From NCBI GenBank assembly GCA_047150005.1, contig AP038806.1, positions 3,712,001 to 3,776,000 on the forward strand: a stretch of 64,000 nucleotides of DNA. The letters are read 5' to 3'. This DNA comes from Nitrospira sp. (lineage in GTDB: Bacteria > Nitrospirota > Nitrospiria > Nitrospirales > Nitrospiraceae). Position numbers and translations under genes: made by a program. Positions 1 through 13,291 of this stretch are shown in pieces (the stretch's first letter is position 1; each line of letters starts with the position of its first letter). The notes under the pieces were generated by a model. The model was not told the DNA's origin. It was given only the letters and a program-made list of their open reading frames with translations, and ran no database searches.

Positions 1-568
1 CTGCCTCCGCCAGCATGGCCGCTTCCTGAAGCGTGTCTTCCAACACGCGGCTTCGCTCATGTCCGCGAGCGAAAGGGATGAGACAGAAACTGCACATCAC
101 GTTGCATCCGTCCTGAATCTTCACGGACGCCCTCGTCGAGTCGGGCGTTCCATATTCGGGAAGCACAAAGTCATCCCGGTCGATCGTTTTACTGTGAACG
201 ACTTCGGGCTTGGGAGATTTTCGCAGATGCTCAGGCGCGGGAAGCATCGAAGGCAGATCCCATTTAAACTGATTGCCGACGATCAAATCGACGCCAGTCA
301 TCGACCGCAGCTCCTGCCCGCCGGTCTGGGCATAGCAGCCGGTCACGGCGACGAACGCACCAGGGGAATGTTTCAATGTCTTCCGCACCACATACCGGCA
401 GGTACGCTCCGCCTCTTTCGTGACCGAGCAGGTGTTCACCACCAGCAAATCGGTCGGTTGACCGAAGGCCACCAGTTCGTAGCCTTCTTTGCGCAATCGG
501 GATTCGAGCACGAACGTCTCCGCCTGATTCAGTCGACACCCCAGCGTATGCAAAGACGCTCGTTTCAT
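1..568 (-). CDS. mtaB: tRNA threonylcarbamoyladenosine methylthiotransferase MtaB (5' part; runs off the window start)
   Basis: Not in the ORF track because it is truncated. Manual translation from ATG at 568 gives MKRASLHTLGCRLNQAE...VVNTCSVT...VTGCYAQ...VKIQDGCNVMCSFCLIPFARG, i.e. UPF0004 cysteines plus the radical-SAM CxxxCxxC motif. Confidence 0.9.
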   Translation of the reverse strand, partial: MKRASLHTLGCRLNQAETFVLESRLRKEGYELVAFGQPTDLLVVNTCSVTKEAERTCRYVVRKTLKHSPGAFVAVTGCYAQTGGQELRSMTGVDLIVGNQFKWDLPSMLPAPEHLRKSPKPEVVHSKTIDRDDFVLPEYGTPDSTRASVKIQDGCNVMCSFCLIPFARGHERSRVLEDTLQEAAMLAEA

Positions 569-729
569 ATTCAGACGCGCATTATATAATGACTGGTAGA
601 CCCTCGGGCAAGGCAGCCGATCAAAGAACATCCCGATGGCTTCGCCGGCGTCGCGTTGGTTGAAGCCGATCAACGGCCGTGGTAGCATGCAGCCCATTGC
701 GTAAGCCTCTGATTCGGAGTGAGTCTCTG

Positions 730-1137
730 ATGATCACTTCTCCGCGCGCATGCTTCATCCTCCTCTGCCTTACGCTGCTGTTTTCCGCCTCCGGCGTGTC
801 CACCAAGGAACTCCTGCCGAACGAGCCGGACCTCAATACCAGAATCGACGAACTGTACGATCACGAAGCCAGGCTCTTCCTGATGCTCTATTCCCTGGGC
901 GGAAACGGTCAAGTGGACTATGTCACCGGCCGTATGGTGCAGGAGTATGCCCGGAGCAACTACGGCAACCCGGTGTATCAGACGGAAGCTTATCCGTTGT
1001 TCTATTGGTGGAACCATACGATGTGGAACGATCCCGAACAGGACGGGGTCAACGGCAACGAACGAGTCTATCAGGAAAACGTGGAGTTCGACATTTCCCG
1101 CTACAAGCCTTGCACGTTCAACGGCCAACCTTGCTGA
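730..1137 (+). CDS. Exported hypothetical protein
   Basis: ORF 679..1137, probable start at ATG 730. Hydrophobic signal-peptide-like N-terminus and a natural-looking composition. Confidence 0.65.
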   Translation: MITSPRACFILLCLTLLFSASGVSTKELLPNEPDLNTRIDELYDHEARLFLMLYSLGGNGQVDYVTGRMVQEYARSNYGNPVYQTEAYPLFYWWNHTMWNDPEQDGVNGNERVYQENVEFDISRYKPCTFNGQPC

Positions 1138-1268
1138 GGATCGCCCCGACCGACTTGCCGCTTTCTCTTGATTGCCCATGGATCATCCGGCGCCGGTTTT
1201 CATGAAATCTCTGCTGGCGGCGAACAGCTGGATGGTATTTTATCCGGGTCCATGACGGTCGACGTACC

Positions 1269-2531
1269 ATGAGCGCCTTTTCAGTCGCACAAGTTCTCGC
1301 GAATCGACGAATCGCCTTCATGCTTCCCCTGGGCTTCGCCTCCGGACTTCCCTTGGCGCTCACCGGCGGCACCCTCCAGGCCTGGCTGACCGTGGTCGGA
1401 CTGGACCTGAAGACCATCGGCATCTTCACCCTCGTCGGGCTTCCATACACGGTGAAATTTCTCTGGGCTCCGCTTCTCGACCGCATCACGCCGCCCTGGC
1501 TCGGGCGGCGCCGCGGATGGATGCTTCTGACTCAGATCGGGGTGTCCCTCGGGCTGGTTGCCATGGCGACGATCGGAGCGGGCGAGCGTCCCGAATGGCT
1601 CGGTTTGGCGGCGGTCCTGGTCGCCTTTCTTTCTGCGTCGCTCGACATCGTGTTCGACGCGTATCGCACGGATCTCTTGCTGCCGGCCGAGCGCGGCTTT
1701 GGAGCAGCGGTGTGGGTGAACGGCTATCGATTTGCCTTATTGGTTGCGAGTTCCGGCGCATTGGTTCTGGCCGACTCTATCGGCTGGGAATCCACGTACC
1801 TGGTCCTTGCCGGGATCATGGCGATGGGAATCGTCGCTGTGCTGGCGGCTCCGGAACCGACGTTCACCGGAACGCCGCCCTTGAGTCTCATCGAGGCCGT
1901 GGGCGACCCGTTATGGGAGTTGTTCTCCCGCCCCGACATCGTCAGGTTGCTGCTGTTGATCCTGCTGTACAAGATCGGCGACGCCGTCGCCGCATCGCTG
2001 CAGACGGCATTCTTCATTGGAGGGCTGGGATTTTCGACCAGCGATGTGGGATACGTCAAAGGGATCGGCTTGTTCGCGACGTTGGGCGGTGCCTTGGCAG
2101 GCGGGATAGCGATGGCGAGAATGGGTTTGGTTCCCTCGCTCGTGCTGTTTGGACTTTTTCAGGCGCTTTCGAATCTCTGTTTTACGGGACTCGCCTGGGC
2201 GGGAAAAAGTTACGCGGCGCTGACGGCTTCCGTACTGATCGAAAACGTGACGGGGGGAATGGGAACCGCCGCATTCGTAGCGCTGATCATGTCGCTCTGC
2301 GACCACCGGTACACGGCCACGCAATTTGCGCTGCTTTCGTCCCTCGAAGCTGTAGGGCGCGTCTTTTCCGGACGTCCCTCGGCCGATTTGGTGGGTGCGG
2401 TCGGATGGCCGCAGTTTTTCTTCATTTCATTTTTCCTGGCATTGCCGGGGGTCTGGCTTGCCTGGACGCTACGGTCCAAGCTTCAGGAGCGGCCCGGGAC
2501 GGGGTCCGTCGGGGATTGCGCCGTATCATAG
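1269..2531 (+). CDS. ampG: AmpG family muropeptide MFS permease
   Basis: Contains LGFASGLPLAL, LPYTVKFLWAPLLDR, GRRRGW, DIVFDAYR and ATQFALLSSL motifs; about 12 TM helices. Confidence 0.92.
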   Translation: MSAFSVAQVLANRRIAFMLPLGFASGLPLALTGGTLQAWLTVVGLDLKTIGIFTLVGLPYTVKFLWAPLLDRITPPWLGRRRGWMLLTQIGVSLGLVAMATIGAGERPEWLGLAAVLVAFLSASLDIVFDAYRTDLLLPAERGFGAAVWVNGYRFALLVASSGALVLADSIGWESTYLVLAGIMAMGIVAVLAAPEPTFTGTPPLSLIEAVGDPLWELFSRPDIVRLLLLILLYKIGDAVAASLQTAFFIGGLGFSTSDVGYVKGIGLFATLGGALAGGIAMARMGLVPSLVLFGLFQALSNLCFTGLAWAGKSYAALTASVLIENVTGGMGTAAFVALIMSLCDHRYTATQFALLSSLEAVGRVFSGRPSADLVGAVGWPQFFFISFFLALPGVWLAWTLRSKLQERPGTGSVGDCAVS

Positions 2532-2822
2532 GGGCACGACCCGGCGTTGCAAGAACAGCACGTACAGCATGAGTGTCGGTAAGGGAGCAAGGAGAAAGGG
2601 CACGAGCCATACCCAAACGTTCTTCGCCCGTACGCGCGCCTGATCGATCATCCAGACGAAGACCCATACGACAAGGCCCACATAGTTCAAGGCCATCCAC
2701 CGAATCGTATGGGTCTTGAGTCCGCTGGCCCGCTCGGGAGAAGTCTGGAACAGAAATATCCCGAGAATCACAATGAACAGCCCCAGCAACAGTCCGACGA
2801 TGCGCTTGCTCCAAACATACAT
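2526..2822 (-). CDS. Small membrane protein (about 3 TM)
   Basis: C-terminal part of ORF 2526..3275. ATG at 2822 (MYVWSKRIVGLLLG) is preceded by a GGAGG-type RBS. Confidence 0.6.
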   Translation of the reverse strand: MYVWSKRIVGLLLGLFIVILGIFLFQTSPERASGLKTHTIRWMALNYVGLVVWVFVWMIDQARVRAKNVWVWLVPFLLAPLPTLMLYVLFLQRRVVPL

Positions 2823-2990
2823 GGATCCCTCCAACGTGAAGATGAAATGTCCGGCAACTGACCCGCTGCTGCAGAGAAGGCTAATCGTGCGCAATGAGCT
2901 TGTCAAAACAGCAGGGACCGTCCCGTTGCAGCGAGAACCGAATGATGGGAGCGAATTGAGTGCGATGACGCATACACAGCGAGGAACAGC

Positions 2991-3362
2991 ATGAAGCTGT
3001 GGCCATTGTTGCTGCTCGTGACGGCCCTGGCCGCAAGCGTCGCGTTGGTCTTGACCAACCCATCGCTGGACGACTATGTGGCATTCGTCGAAGCGGAGCT
3101 GGGGAAAGCCCTGGACCGACACGAATCGTCCGTTCCGCATAGGGAACGCGATATGGTCCGCACCATTTTTCGCGCGCATAGCCGCGAGTTGGTGGAGAGC
3201 GTCGTACGCCCGCATACCATCCAACGCAACTGGGGGCTCTTCAGCCTCTTCGAGACGACGGCGCTCGAAGTTCATATCGAAGTCCTCGCGATCGGCGGCC
3301 GCTTCATCCCGCTGAAAGGCGTCGACGACGCCGTCGTCCGTTTGGGTCGCCTGGCATTTTAG
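2991..3362 (+). CDS. Membrane-anchored hypothetical protein (DUF4359-like)
   Basis: GAGGA RBS, N-terminal anchor followed by LTNPS, and NWGLFSLF and IGGRFIP motifs. Confidence 0.7.
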   Translation: MKLWPLLLLVTALAASVALVLTNPSLDDYVAFVEAELGKALDRHESSVPHRERDMVRTIFRAHSRELVESVVRPHTIQRNWGLFSLFETTALEVHIEVLAIGGRFIPLKGVDDAVVRLGRLAF

Positions 3363-3436
3363 TCCTCACGCCTCGCCCCTTCGACCTTCGTCTCCCCGGC
3401 TGTCGATCAGCGACTACCCATCGGCAGCCCTCGTCC

Positions 3437-3519
3437 TGTGGATAAGTCGATAGAAATTCCGTGAAATCGGCCACCGATGAGGTCCGATAGTTATCCACAG
3501 AATGTCCTCGCTATCCACA
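3437..3519. promoter_or_regulatory. DnaA boxes upstream of nrdJ
   Basis: TGTGGATAA at 3437-3445 (reverse box), TTATCCACA at 3491-3499 (perfect) and CTATCCACA at 3511-3519 (one mismatch). Confidence 0.8.
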
Positions 3520-3525
3520 GTGAAA

Positions 3526-3573
3526 CCACAATATTTAGTATTGACAATTTCCAGCAATGGCTATATGTAGTCC
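3526..3573 (+). promoter_or_regulatory. Tandem NrdR boxes overlapping a sigma70-type promoter
   Basis: CCACAATATTTAGTAT (3526-3541) and TGGCTATATGTAGTCC (3558-3573) lie 32 bp apart and match acaCwAtATaTwGtgt. A perfect TTGACA is at 3541-3546. Confidence 0.85.
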
Positions 3574-3693
3574 CTCACTCTGCTCCGGGAGACGGTTTCC
3601 TCCCGTCAGAGGCAGAAGCATCCAAGGCGGTTTTACTGCTCGTCCACGGCCGTTAAACGACTTGCGCTGCCATTAACCCTGGGAGGAGAGATC

Positions 3694-6600
3694 GTGAGAA
3701 TAGAACGGCGATTCACACGTTCCGGACAAAGTCCTTATGAAGGCTTACAGTTCGTGAAGCGTTCGTCGGAGATTCGCAATCCTGACGGATCGACCGTCTT
3801 TAAATTGGAGCAGATCGACATCCCGGAGTCATGGTCGCAGTTGGCCATCGATATTTTGGCGCAGAAGTACTTCCGCAAGGCCGGCGTGCCCCAACGGGAC
3901 GAATCGGGAAATTCGATCGTCGGCCAGGACGGCAACCCGGTGCTCGGCGGCGAGCGGGACGCACGCCAAGTTTTTGATCGTCTGGCCGGATGCTGGACGC
4001 ATTGGGGCAAGTCCTACGGATACTTCAAGACCGCCGAAGACAGCGCGGCATTTCACGACGAGCTGTGCTTCATGTTGGCGCACCAGATGGCGGCCCCCAA
4101 CAGCCCCCAATGGTTCAACACGGGATTGCACTATGCCTACGGTCTTTCCGGACCGGCTCAAGGCCACTATTATGTGGACCCGCAGACCCGTGAGGTCGTC
4201 AAGGCGACCAATGCCTTCGAGCATCCGCAGCCGCACGCCTGCTTCATCCAATCCATCGAGGACGATCTCGTCAATGAGAACGGCATCATGGACCTCTGGG
4301 TACGCGAAGCCCGTCTGTTCAAGTACGGCTCCGGAACCGGAACGAATTTTTCGGGGCTGCGCGGAGACGGAGAATCACTGTCCGGCGGCGGTCGCTCCTC
4401 CGGTTTGATGTCGTTCCTGCGGATCGGAGACCGGGCGGCCGGCGCCATCAAGTCCGGCGGCACGACCAGGCGGGCAGCGAAGATGGTCTGCCTGGATTTG
4501 GACCATCCGGACATCGAAGAATTCATCGACTGGAAAGTGATCGAAGAGCAGAAAGTCGCTGCCATGGTGACCGGCTCGAAGATCTGCGCGCAACGGCTCA
4601 ATGCCGTGCTCAAGGCCTGCCACGTCGTCGAGAACGACGGCACCCCGAAGGTCGAGGTCGATCCCAAGCGCAACGGCATCCTGAGGGAAGCAGTCATCGC
4701 GGCGCGCCGGGATGCGGTGCCCGAAGCCTACATCCAGCGGATGTTTTCCTACGCCCAACAAGGTTTCACCCATTTCGTCTTCCACGAGTACGACACGAAC
4801 TGGGACGGCAGGGCCTACCAGACCGTCTCCGGGCAGAATTCCAACAACAGCGTCCGCATTCCCAACGAATTCTTCGCCGCCCTCGAAAATGACGGCGACT
4901 GGCAGCTGAAGCGCCGCGTGGATGGAAAGGTTTCCAAGACCGTCAAGGCGCGGGAACTCTGGGACCGCATCGCCTGGGCCGCCTGGATCTGTGCCGATCC
5001 GGGAACCCAATACGACACGACGATCAATGAGTGGCATACCTGTCCGGAGGACGGACGCATCAACGCCTCCAATCCCTGTTCCGAATACATGTTCCTCGAC
5101 GACACAGCCTGCAACCTGGCCTCTTTGAATTTGGCGCAGTTTTTCACCGGCGACGGGCAGTTCGAATTGGAGAATTTTCGCCATGCGGTGCGGCTCTGGA
5201 CCATCGTGCTGGAGATCAGCGTGTTGATGGCTTCGTTTCCGAGCCGTTCGATCGCGGAAAGGAGCTATCAGTTCCGCACGCTGGGCCTCGGTTACGCGAA
5301 CCTCGGCACCGTCCTGATGCGCCAGGGCATTCCCTACGATTCTCCGAAAGCCCTGGCGATCTGCGGCGCCCTCACCGCGATCATGACCGGGGAAGCCTAC
5401 AGCGCCTCCGCGGAGATGTCCGCGGAACTCTGGCCTTTCCCCAGCTACACGAAGAATCGGGAATCGATGCTCCGCGTCATCCGAAATCACCGTCGCGCGG
5501 CCTATCACGCGCCGGAAGAAGAGTACGAGGGCCTGACGATACGGCCGGTCGGCATTCAAGCGGAACACTGCCCTCCCGACTTGTTGATCGCGGCTCGGCG
5601 GGCCTGGGACCGTGCCCTGGAGTTGGGGACGGCCTACGGCTATCGGAACGCCCAAGTCACCGTCATCGCTCCCACCGGGACGATCGGGCTCGTCATGGAT
5701 TGCGACACCACGGGCATCGAGCCGGACTTCGCGCTGGTGAAGTTCAAGAAACTGGCGGGCGGAGGATATTTCAAGATCATCAACCAAAGCCTGCCGCCGG
5801 CGCTGGCCACCTTGGGCTATTCCGAGTCCCAAATTCAGGACATCGTCAGCTATTGCGTCGGCCGCCAGACTCTGCAAGGCGCCCCCTTCATCAATCACGA
5901 GACGCTGAAGCAAAAGGGGTTCGACGATGCGGCGCTGGCCCGTCTGGAAAGTGGCTTGGCCCAGGCTTTTGAAATTCAGTTTGCGTTCAACAAGTATGTC
6001 CTCGGCGAAAGTTTCTGCCGGGAAAAGCTCGGGCTGACCGACGTCCAGCTCACGGAAGCCAACTTCAACATGCTGAAGGCCATGGGCTTCACGCAGGAAG
6101 AGATCGCCGCCGCCAACGACTATTGCTGCGGCACGATGACGGTCGAAGGCGCGCCCTACCTCAAGACGGAACACTTCCCGGTCTTCGATTGCGCCAACCG
6201 ATGCGGCAGAATCGGGCAACGGTACATTGCGGTCGATGCGCACATCCGGATGATGGCCGCCGCACAGCCGTTCATCAGCGGCGCGATCAGCAAGACCATC
6301 AACATGCCGGCCGATGCGACGCTGGACGAGGTCAAGTCCGCGTATCTGTTTGCGTGGAAAAGCATGGTCAAGGCGGTCGCTCTCTACCGCGACGGCTCCA
6401 AACTCAGCCAACCGCTGTCGGCTTCCATCGACACGACCAAGAGCGTGGACGTGGCGACGGATGTCGTGGCGGTCGCCGAAAAAATCACCGAGCGGGTGCT
6501 CGTCCGTTACCTGGCCAAACGACGTCCCTTGCCGGCAAGGCGCAACGGCTATACACAAAAGGCCGTCATCGGCGGACACAAGCTGTACCTCCGTACCGGC

Positions 6601-7215
6601 GAATATGAAGACGGGACGGTCGGGGAGATCTTCCTAGACATGCACAAGGAGGGCGCTGCTTTCCGCAGCTTGATGAACTGTTTCGCCATCGCGATTTCGC
6701 TGGGCTTGCAGCACGGTGTACCGCTGGAGGAATTCGTGGAAGCCTTCGTCTTCACCCGGTTCGAACCGAACGGGCCGGTCAAGTTGAACGACCGGATCAA
6801 GATGTCGACGTCCATCATCGACTACATTTTCCGTGAGCTGGCCGTAACCTACTTGGACCGGTACGATTTGGCGCAGGTCAAGGAAGAAGATCTCCGCATG
6901 GACTCGGTGAAGAAAGACGAGCAGGACCCGGAGTGCTCGGACGAGGAAGCCAATCCGGAAACGCTGGCGCTGTCTTCGATCATGACCGACCGGGTTCCAG
7001 CGCGGCACGGCATTACACCGCGCCACGCAGGGAACGGCAACGTGTCCCACAAGGTTGAACTGAAGCGCGAGACACTCACCCTGACAGCCATACAAATCGC
7101 GCGTCAGAAGGGATACGAAGGCGATCCCTGCAGCGAATGTAAGCAATTCACGATGGTGCGGAACGGAACCTGTCTCAAGTGCGATCACTGCGGTGCGACC
7201 AGCGGATGTTCCTAG
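3694..7215 (+). CDS. nrdJ: Vitamin B12-dependent (class II) ribonucleotide reductase
   Basis: Contains [26 protein letters not shown] (thiyl radical Cys), IAPTGTIG and SGAISKTIN, plus a C-terminal TSCPD-like domain and CxxC...CxxC zinc ribbon. GTG start with GGGAGG RBS. Confidence 0.96.
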   Translation: MRIERRFTRSGQSPYEGLQFVKRSSEIRNPDGSTVFKLEQIDIPESWSQLAIDILAQKYFRKAGVPQRDESGNSIVGQDGNPVLGGERDARQVFDRLAGCWTHWGKSYGYFKTAEDSAAFHDELCFMLAHQMAAPNSPQWFNTGLHYAYGLSGPAQGHYYVDPQTREVVKATNAFEHPQPHACFIQSIEDDLVNENGIMDLWVREARLFKYGSGTGTNFSGLRGDGESLSGGGRSSGLMSFLRIGDRAAGAIKSGGTTRRAAKMVCLDLDHPDIEEFIDWKVIEEQKVAAMVTGSKICAQRLNAVLKACHVVENDGTPKVEVDPKRNGILREAVIAARRDAVPEAYIQRMFSYAQQGFTHFVFHEYDTNWDGRAYQTVSGQNSNNSVRIPNEFFAALENDGDWQLKRRVDGKVSKTVKARELWDRIAWAAWICADPGTQYDTTINEWHTCPEDGRINASNPCSEYMFLDDTACNLASLNLAQFFTGDGQFELENFRHAVRLWTIVLEISVLMASFPSRSIAERSYQFRTLGLGYANLGTVLMRQGIPYDSPKALAICGALTAIMTGEAYSASAEMSAELWPFPSYTKNRESMLRVIRNHRRAAYHAPEEEYEGLTIRPVGIQAEHCPPDLLIAARRAWDRALELGTAYGYRNAQVTVIAPTGTIGLVMDCDTTGIEPDFALVKFKKLAGGGYFKIINQSLPPALATLGYSESQIQDIVSYCVGRQTLQGAPFINHETLKQKGFDDAALARLESGLAQAFEIQFAFNKYVLGESFCREKLGLTDVQLTEANFNMLKAMGFTQEEIAAANDYCCGTMTVEGAPYLKTEHFPVFDCANRCGRIGQRYIAVDAHIRMMAAAQPFISGAISKTINMPADATLDEVKSAYLFAWKSMVKAVALYRDGSKLSQPLSASIDTTKSVDVATDVVAVAEKITERVLVRYLAKRRPLPARRNGYTQKAVIGGHKLYLRTGEYEDGTVGEIFLDMHKEGAAFRSLMNCFAIAISLGLQHGVPLEEFVEAFVFTRFEPNGPVKLNDRIKMSTSIIDYIFRELAVTYLDRYDLAQVKEEDLRMDSVKKDEQDPECSDEEANPETLALSSIMTDRVPARHGITPRHAGNGNVSHKVELKRETLTLTAIQIARQKGYEGDPCSECKQFTMVRNGTCLKCDHCGATSGCS

Positions 7216-7250
7216 ACTGAGCTACGGCATGCCTAAGCGGAGGGAGGTCC

Positions 7251-7658
7251 ATGACTACCACACTGCGCGAACAAGGTATCGACTCGGTCCATGATCAGGT
7301 CGTCAGTCAGGTAGCCCAACGGTGGGCCAAGGCCTTTCACTGCAAGGTGACCATCCATACGAACCTGGAGCAAAATCCCTGGGCTGCACCCAGCCAGTTT
7401 TGCGACATTGTGGGATGGCACGTGACGCCAGGAGGTCATACAATAGAGTGGATGGCCGAAGTCGAGACCGAGGCCTCGCTGGCCGAGAACCGGACGGCAA
7501 CGAATTGGAAGCGGACCGTCGTACGCGGGGTTCCGTTTTACCTGCTGGTCCCGCGCGGCATGAAGGACACGGCTCACAAACTTGCCCAAGACACATCGGT
7601 CGTGTTTAGCTGTGTCTATGAGTACACATTCATTCACGACATCTGTTACGTGCTTTAA
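7251..7658 (+). CDS. Hypothetical protein
   Basis: Strong GGAGG RBS; co-oriented between nrdJ and the ACT gene. Confidence 0.75.
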   Translation: MTTTLREQGIDSVHDQVVSQVAQRWAKAFHCKVTIHTNLEQNPWAAPSQFCDIVGWHVTPGGHTIEWMAEVETEASLAENRTATNWKRTVVRGVPFYLLVPRGMKDTAHKLAQDTSVVFSCVYEYTFIHDICYVL

Positions 7659-7679
7659 CTCACTGTAAAGAGAGGCCCC

Positions 7680-8090
7680 ATGCCTACCACTACACAGCTG
7701 GTCATCAACGGACAGAGCAGACCGGGAGTCATGGCTCAAGTGGCTTCGGTCCTGGCATCGGCCGGAGTCAACATCAAGGCGTTTTCCGCCCCTGAAGTGA
7801 CCGGAACCGGCAAGCTCAGATTGCTGGTTGCCGATCTGGAAGGCGCAAGGGCGGCTCTGAGGGCGGCAAAGATCCGATTTTCCGAGGAAACAGCGCTCGT
7901 ATTGAGCCTGGAAAACAAACCGGGCGCCCTCAACGACGTGGCTGATCTCCTGACCCAGGCCCGCATCAACATCAAGTGCGGTTACTGCACGCCGTCCCGA
8001 GAGGGAAAACGCGCCATTGTCGTCCTGACCGTGGCCAATACAGAGAAGGCTCTTTCCGTACTGCGAGATCAATCGCTCGACGAGTTCTAG
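7680..8090 (+). CDS. Tandem ACT domain protein
   Basis: Two ACT repeats: SRPGVMAQVASVLASAGVNI and NKPGALNDVADLLTQARINI. Confidence 0.88.
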   Translation: MPTTTQLVINGQSRPGVMAQVASVLASAGVNIKAFSAPEVTGTGKLRLLVADLEGARAALRAAKIRFSEETALVLSLENKPGALNDVADLLTQARINIKCGYCTPSREGKRAIVVLTVANTEKALSVLRDQSLDEF

Positions 8091-8095
8091 CTAGG

Positions 8096-8776
8096 ATGCC
8101 GGACGGCCTTCCACGCGCCCGCGTCTCTTTTCTCTCAACGGCCCTGTTGCTTGTCTTCATTGGCCTGACCTCCGGTTGTAGCACTCCGGCTCCGAAGCCG
8201 ACCTATTTCCCCGGCTATCCGATCGGCTATCTAGAACGGGGCGTCGCCTCCTGGTACGGACCGGGTTTTCACGGTAATAAGACCGCCAACGGAGAGCGGT
8301 ACGACATGCACCAGATGACCGCCGCCCACCGGACTCTTCCCCTAGGATCGATCGCGGTCGTCCGATCGCTGAATTCAGGCCGTGAAGTGACCGTACGGAT
8401 CAATGATCGAGGACCCTTTGCCAAGGGACGTATTCTCGACCTCTCGCTGGCAGGGGCCCAGGCCCTGGACATGACCGGTAACGGCACAGCTTCTATCGAA
8501 CTTCGGGTCATCGGCTTCCAAGGACGAACGGCCGACATGGGAGCGCTGAGGGTCCAGGTTGGAGCTTTTGCCGACCAGCAGAATGCACTGAATCTGCTCA
8601 ACCGGGCCAGGCGACTCTATGCCACCGGGCGGATCCAGACGGTGGACCTTCCAGAAGGTCGCCGGTACCGGGTTCAGGTGGGTGAATTCCGCTCTGAGGC
8701 GCAGGCCGAGGCTGCCGCTTCCAGACTGGAATCCGACCTTTCTGTTCAGCCCTTTGTATTCCGAGATGACAGCTAG
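8096..8776 (+). CDS. rlpA: Septal ring lytic transglycosylase RlpA family lipoprotein with SPOR domain
   Basis: Lipobox TSGC, GVASWYGPGFHG, TAAHRTLP and VRINDRGPF motifs, and a C-terminal VQVGAF SPOR domain. ATG at 8096. Confidence 0.92.
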   Translation: MPDGLPRARVSFLSTALLLVFIGLTSGCSTPAPKPTYFPGYPIGYLERGVASWYGPGFHGNKTANGERYDMHQMTAAHRTLPLGSIAVVRSLNSGREVTVRINDRGPFAKGRILDLSLAGAQALDMTGNGTASIELRVIGFQGRTADMGALRVQVGAFADQQNALNLLNRARRLYATGRIQTVDLPEGRRYRVQVGEFRSEAQAEAAASRLESDLSVQPFVFRDDS

Positions 8777-9057
8777 GCGAGGAACGGCATCGGCAAATCT
8801 TCTGAAATATTGCGGACGTTTGATACAACCATTTGATTTTGCGAATGGTTTTTTCAATATGCTTGCCCCCCACGGGGGGGTATGATACATCTACCTACCG
8901 ATGAACAGTCTCGGCCTCAGAGCCCCATTCCAGGTCTTGCAACTCCTCCCCGCGCTCCATACTGGCTCGCTCGGCTTGAACGGAAAGGAGCCAATCGTGC
9001 TCCTTCAGCTTTGTCGGACAAGTACGCCGGTCGGTCGTCCTTAGTTTCTGGAACTTC

Positions 9058-12508
<3,451 letters not shown>

Positions 12509-12604
12509 ATGAAACCCCGTCAAGCTGACTGAGAAGGGTTCGGCAGCCCGGACAAGGAAGTACGGCTGCCGGAGGAAGCGCTTCACGTGGTCGGAGGAGG
12601 ATCC

Positions 12605-13258
12605 ATGAAGGAGGACCAACGAGTGAATACGGTGATCGCAGCATCCGGTGTGAGGGTTATGGTCTTGATCTTCGGAGGGTTCATGCTGAGCGGATGCGTC
12701 CTTTCCGAAAAGTATGAAGCGGAAAAGGCGCGCAGCCTGAACTTTCAGCGCCTGCTGTCGCAGGAAGAGAAGCGGACGGCGGAACTCGACAACGAAGTCA
12801 AGCGCTCCAAGAAGGAGCTCGCGGAATACGAAGCCAGAAACCGTGAATTGACCGCTCAAGTGCAGGCGGTACGGGAACAGATGAGCCGCGTGCAGGAAGA
12901 ATCCGAAGCCATCAAGGAAGCTGCGCTGCTCGAGAGGAAAGCCCGAGCCGACATGAAGCGGACCCCGCCCGCGCCCAAAGTCCACGCGGCCTCGCCGATC
13001 GAGCCCACCCCGGGCATGGGAGACCTTAGCACATCCTCCATGACCGGCTTGCCGGAGGAGACCGCGGCGGCCCAAACGGAGACGGCTGTCGCCGCCACCG
13101 GGCACGGGTCTCCCACCATCCATGTCGTCAAGCCCGGCGAAACTCTGTACCGCATCAGCCGTCGCTACGGAGTCAAGCTCGAAACGCTGCGGAAGTGGAA
13201 CAAGTTGCCGGACGACATCATCGAAGTGGGACAGAAGCTGATCGTGGGCCAAGAGTAA
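12605..13258 (+). CDS. Coiled-coil lipoprotein with C-terminal LysM domain
   Basis: GGAGGAGG RBS, lipobox LSGC, coiled coil, Pro/Ala linker and LysM motif HVVKPGETLYRISRRYGV...IEVGQKL. Confidence 0.88.
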   Translation: MKEDQRVNTVIAASGVRVMVLIFGGFMLSGCVLSEKYEAEKARSLNFQRLLSQEEKRTAELDNEVKRSKKELAEYEARNRELTAQVQAVREQMSRVQEESEAIKEAALLERKARADMKRTPPAPKVHAASPIEPTPGMGDLSTSSMTGLPEETAAAQTETAVAATGHGSPTIHVVKPGETLYRISRRYGVKLETLRKWNKLPDDIIEVGQKLIVGQE

Positions 13259-13291
13259 TCAGGAGTAACCAGGAGTACCGGGGATCGGATC

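Noticed and set aside
3362..3693. Replication origin or cobalamin riboswitch upstream of nrdJ
   Set aside because: Only three DnaA boxes, no extended AT-rich unwinding element and no dnaA/dnaN context. No B12-box (GCCACTG/GGGAAG) pattern is visible.
3694..7215. Intein in NrdJ
   Set aside because: No intein C/S...HN splice motifs or LAGLIDADG blocks are seen, and the length fits long-form NrdJ.
12540..12575. SRP RNA or SAH riboswitch
   Set aside because: GGAAG and GAGGAAGCGC look superficially similar, but the required flanking conserved elements are absent. Kept only as an unclassified structured leader.
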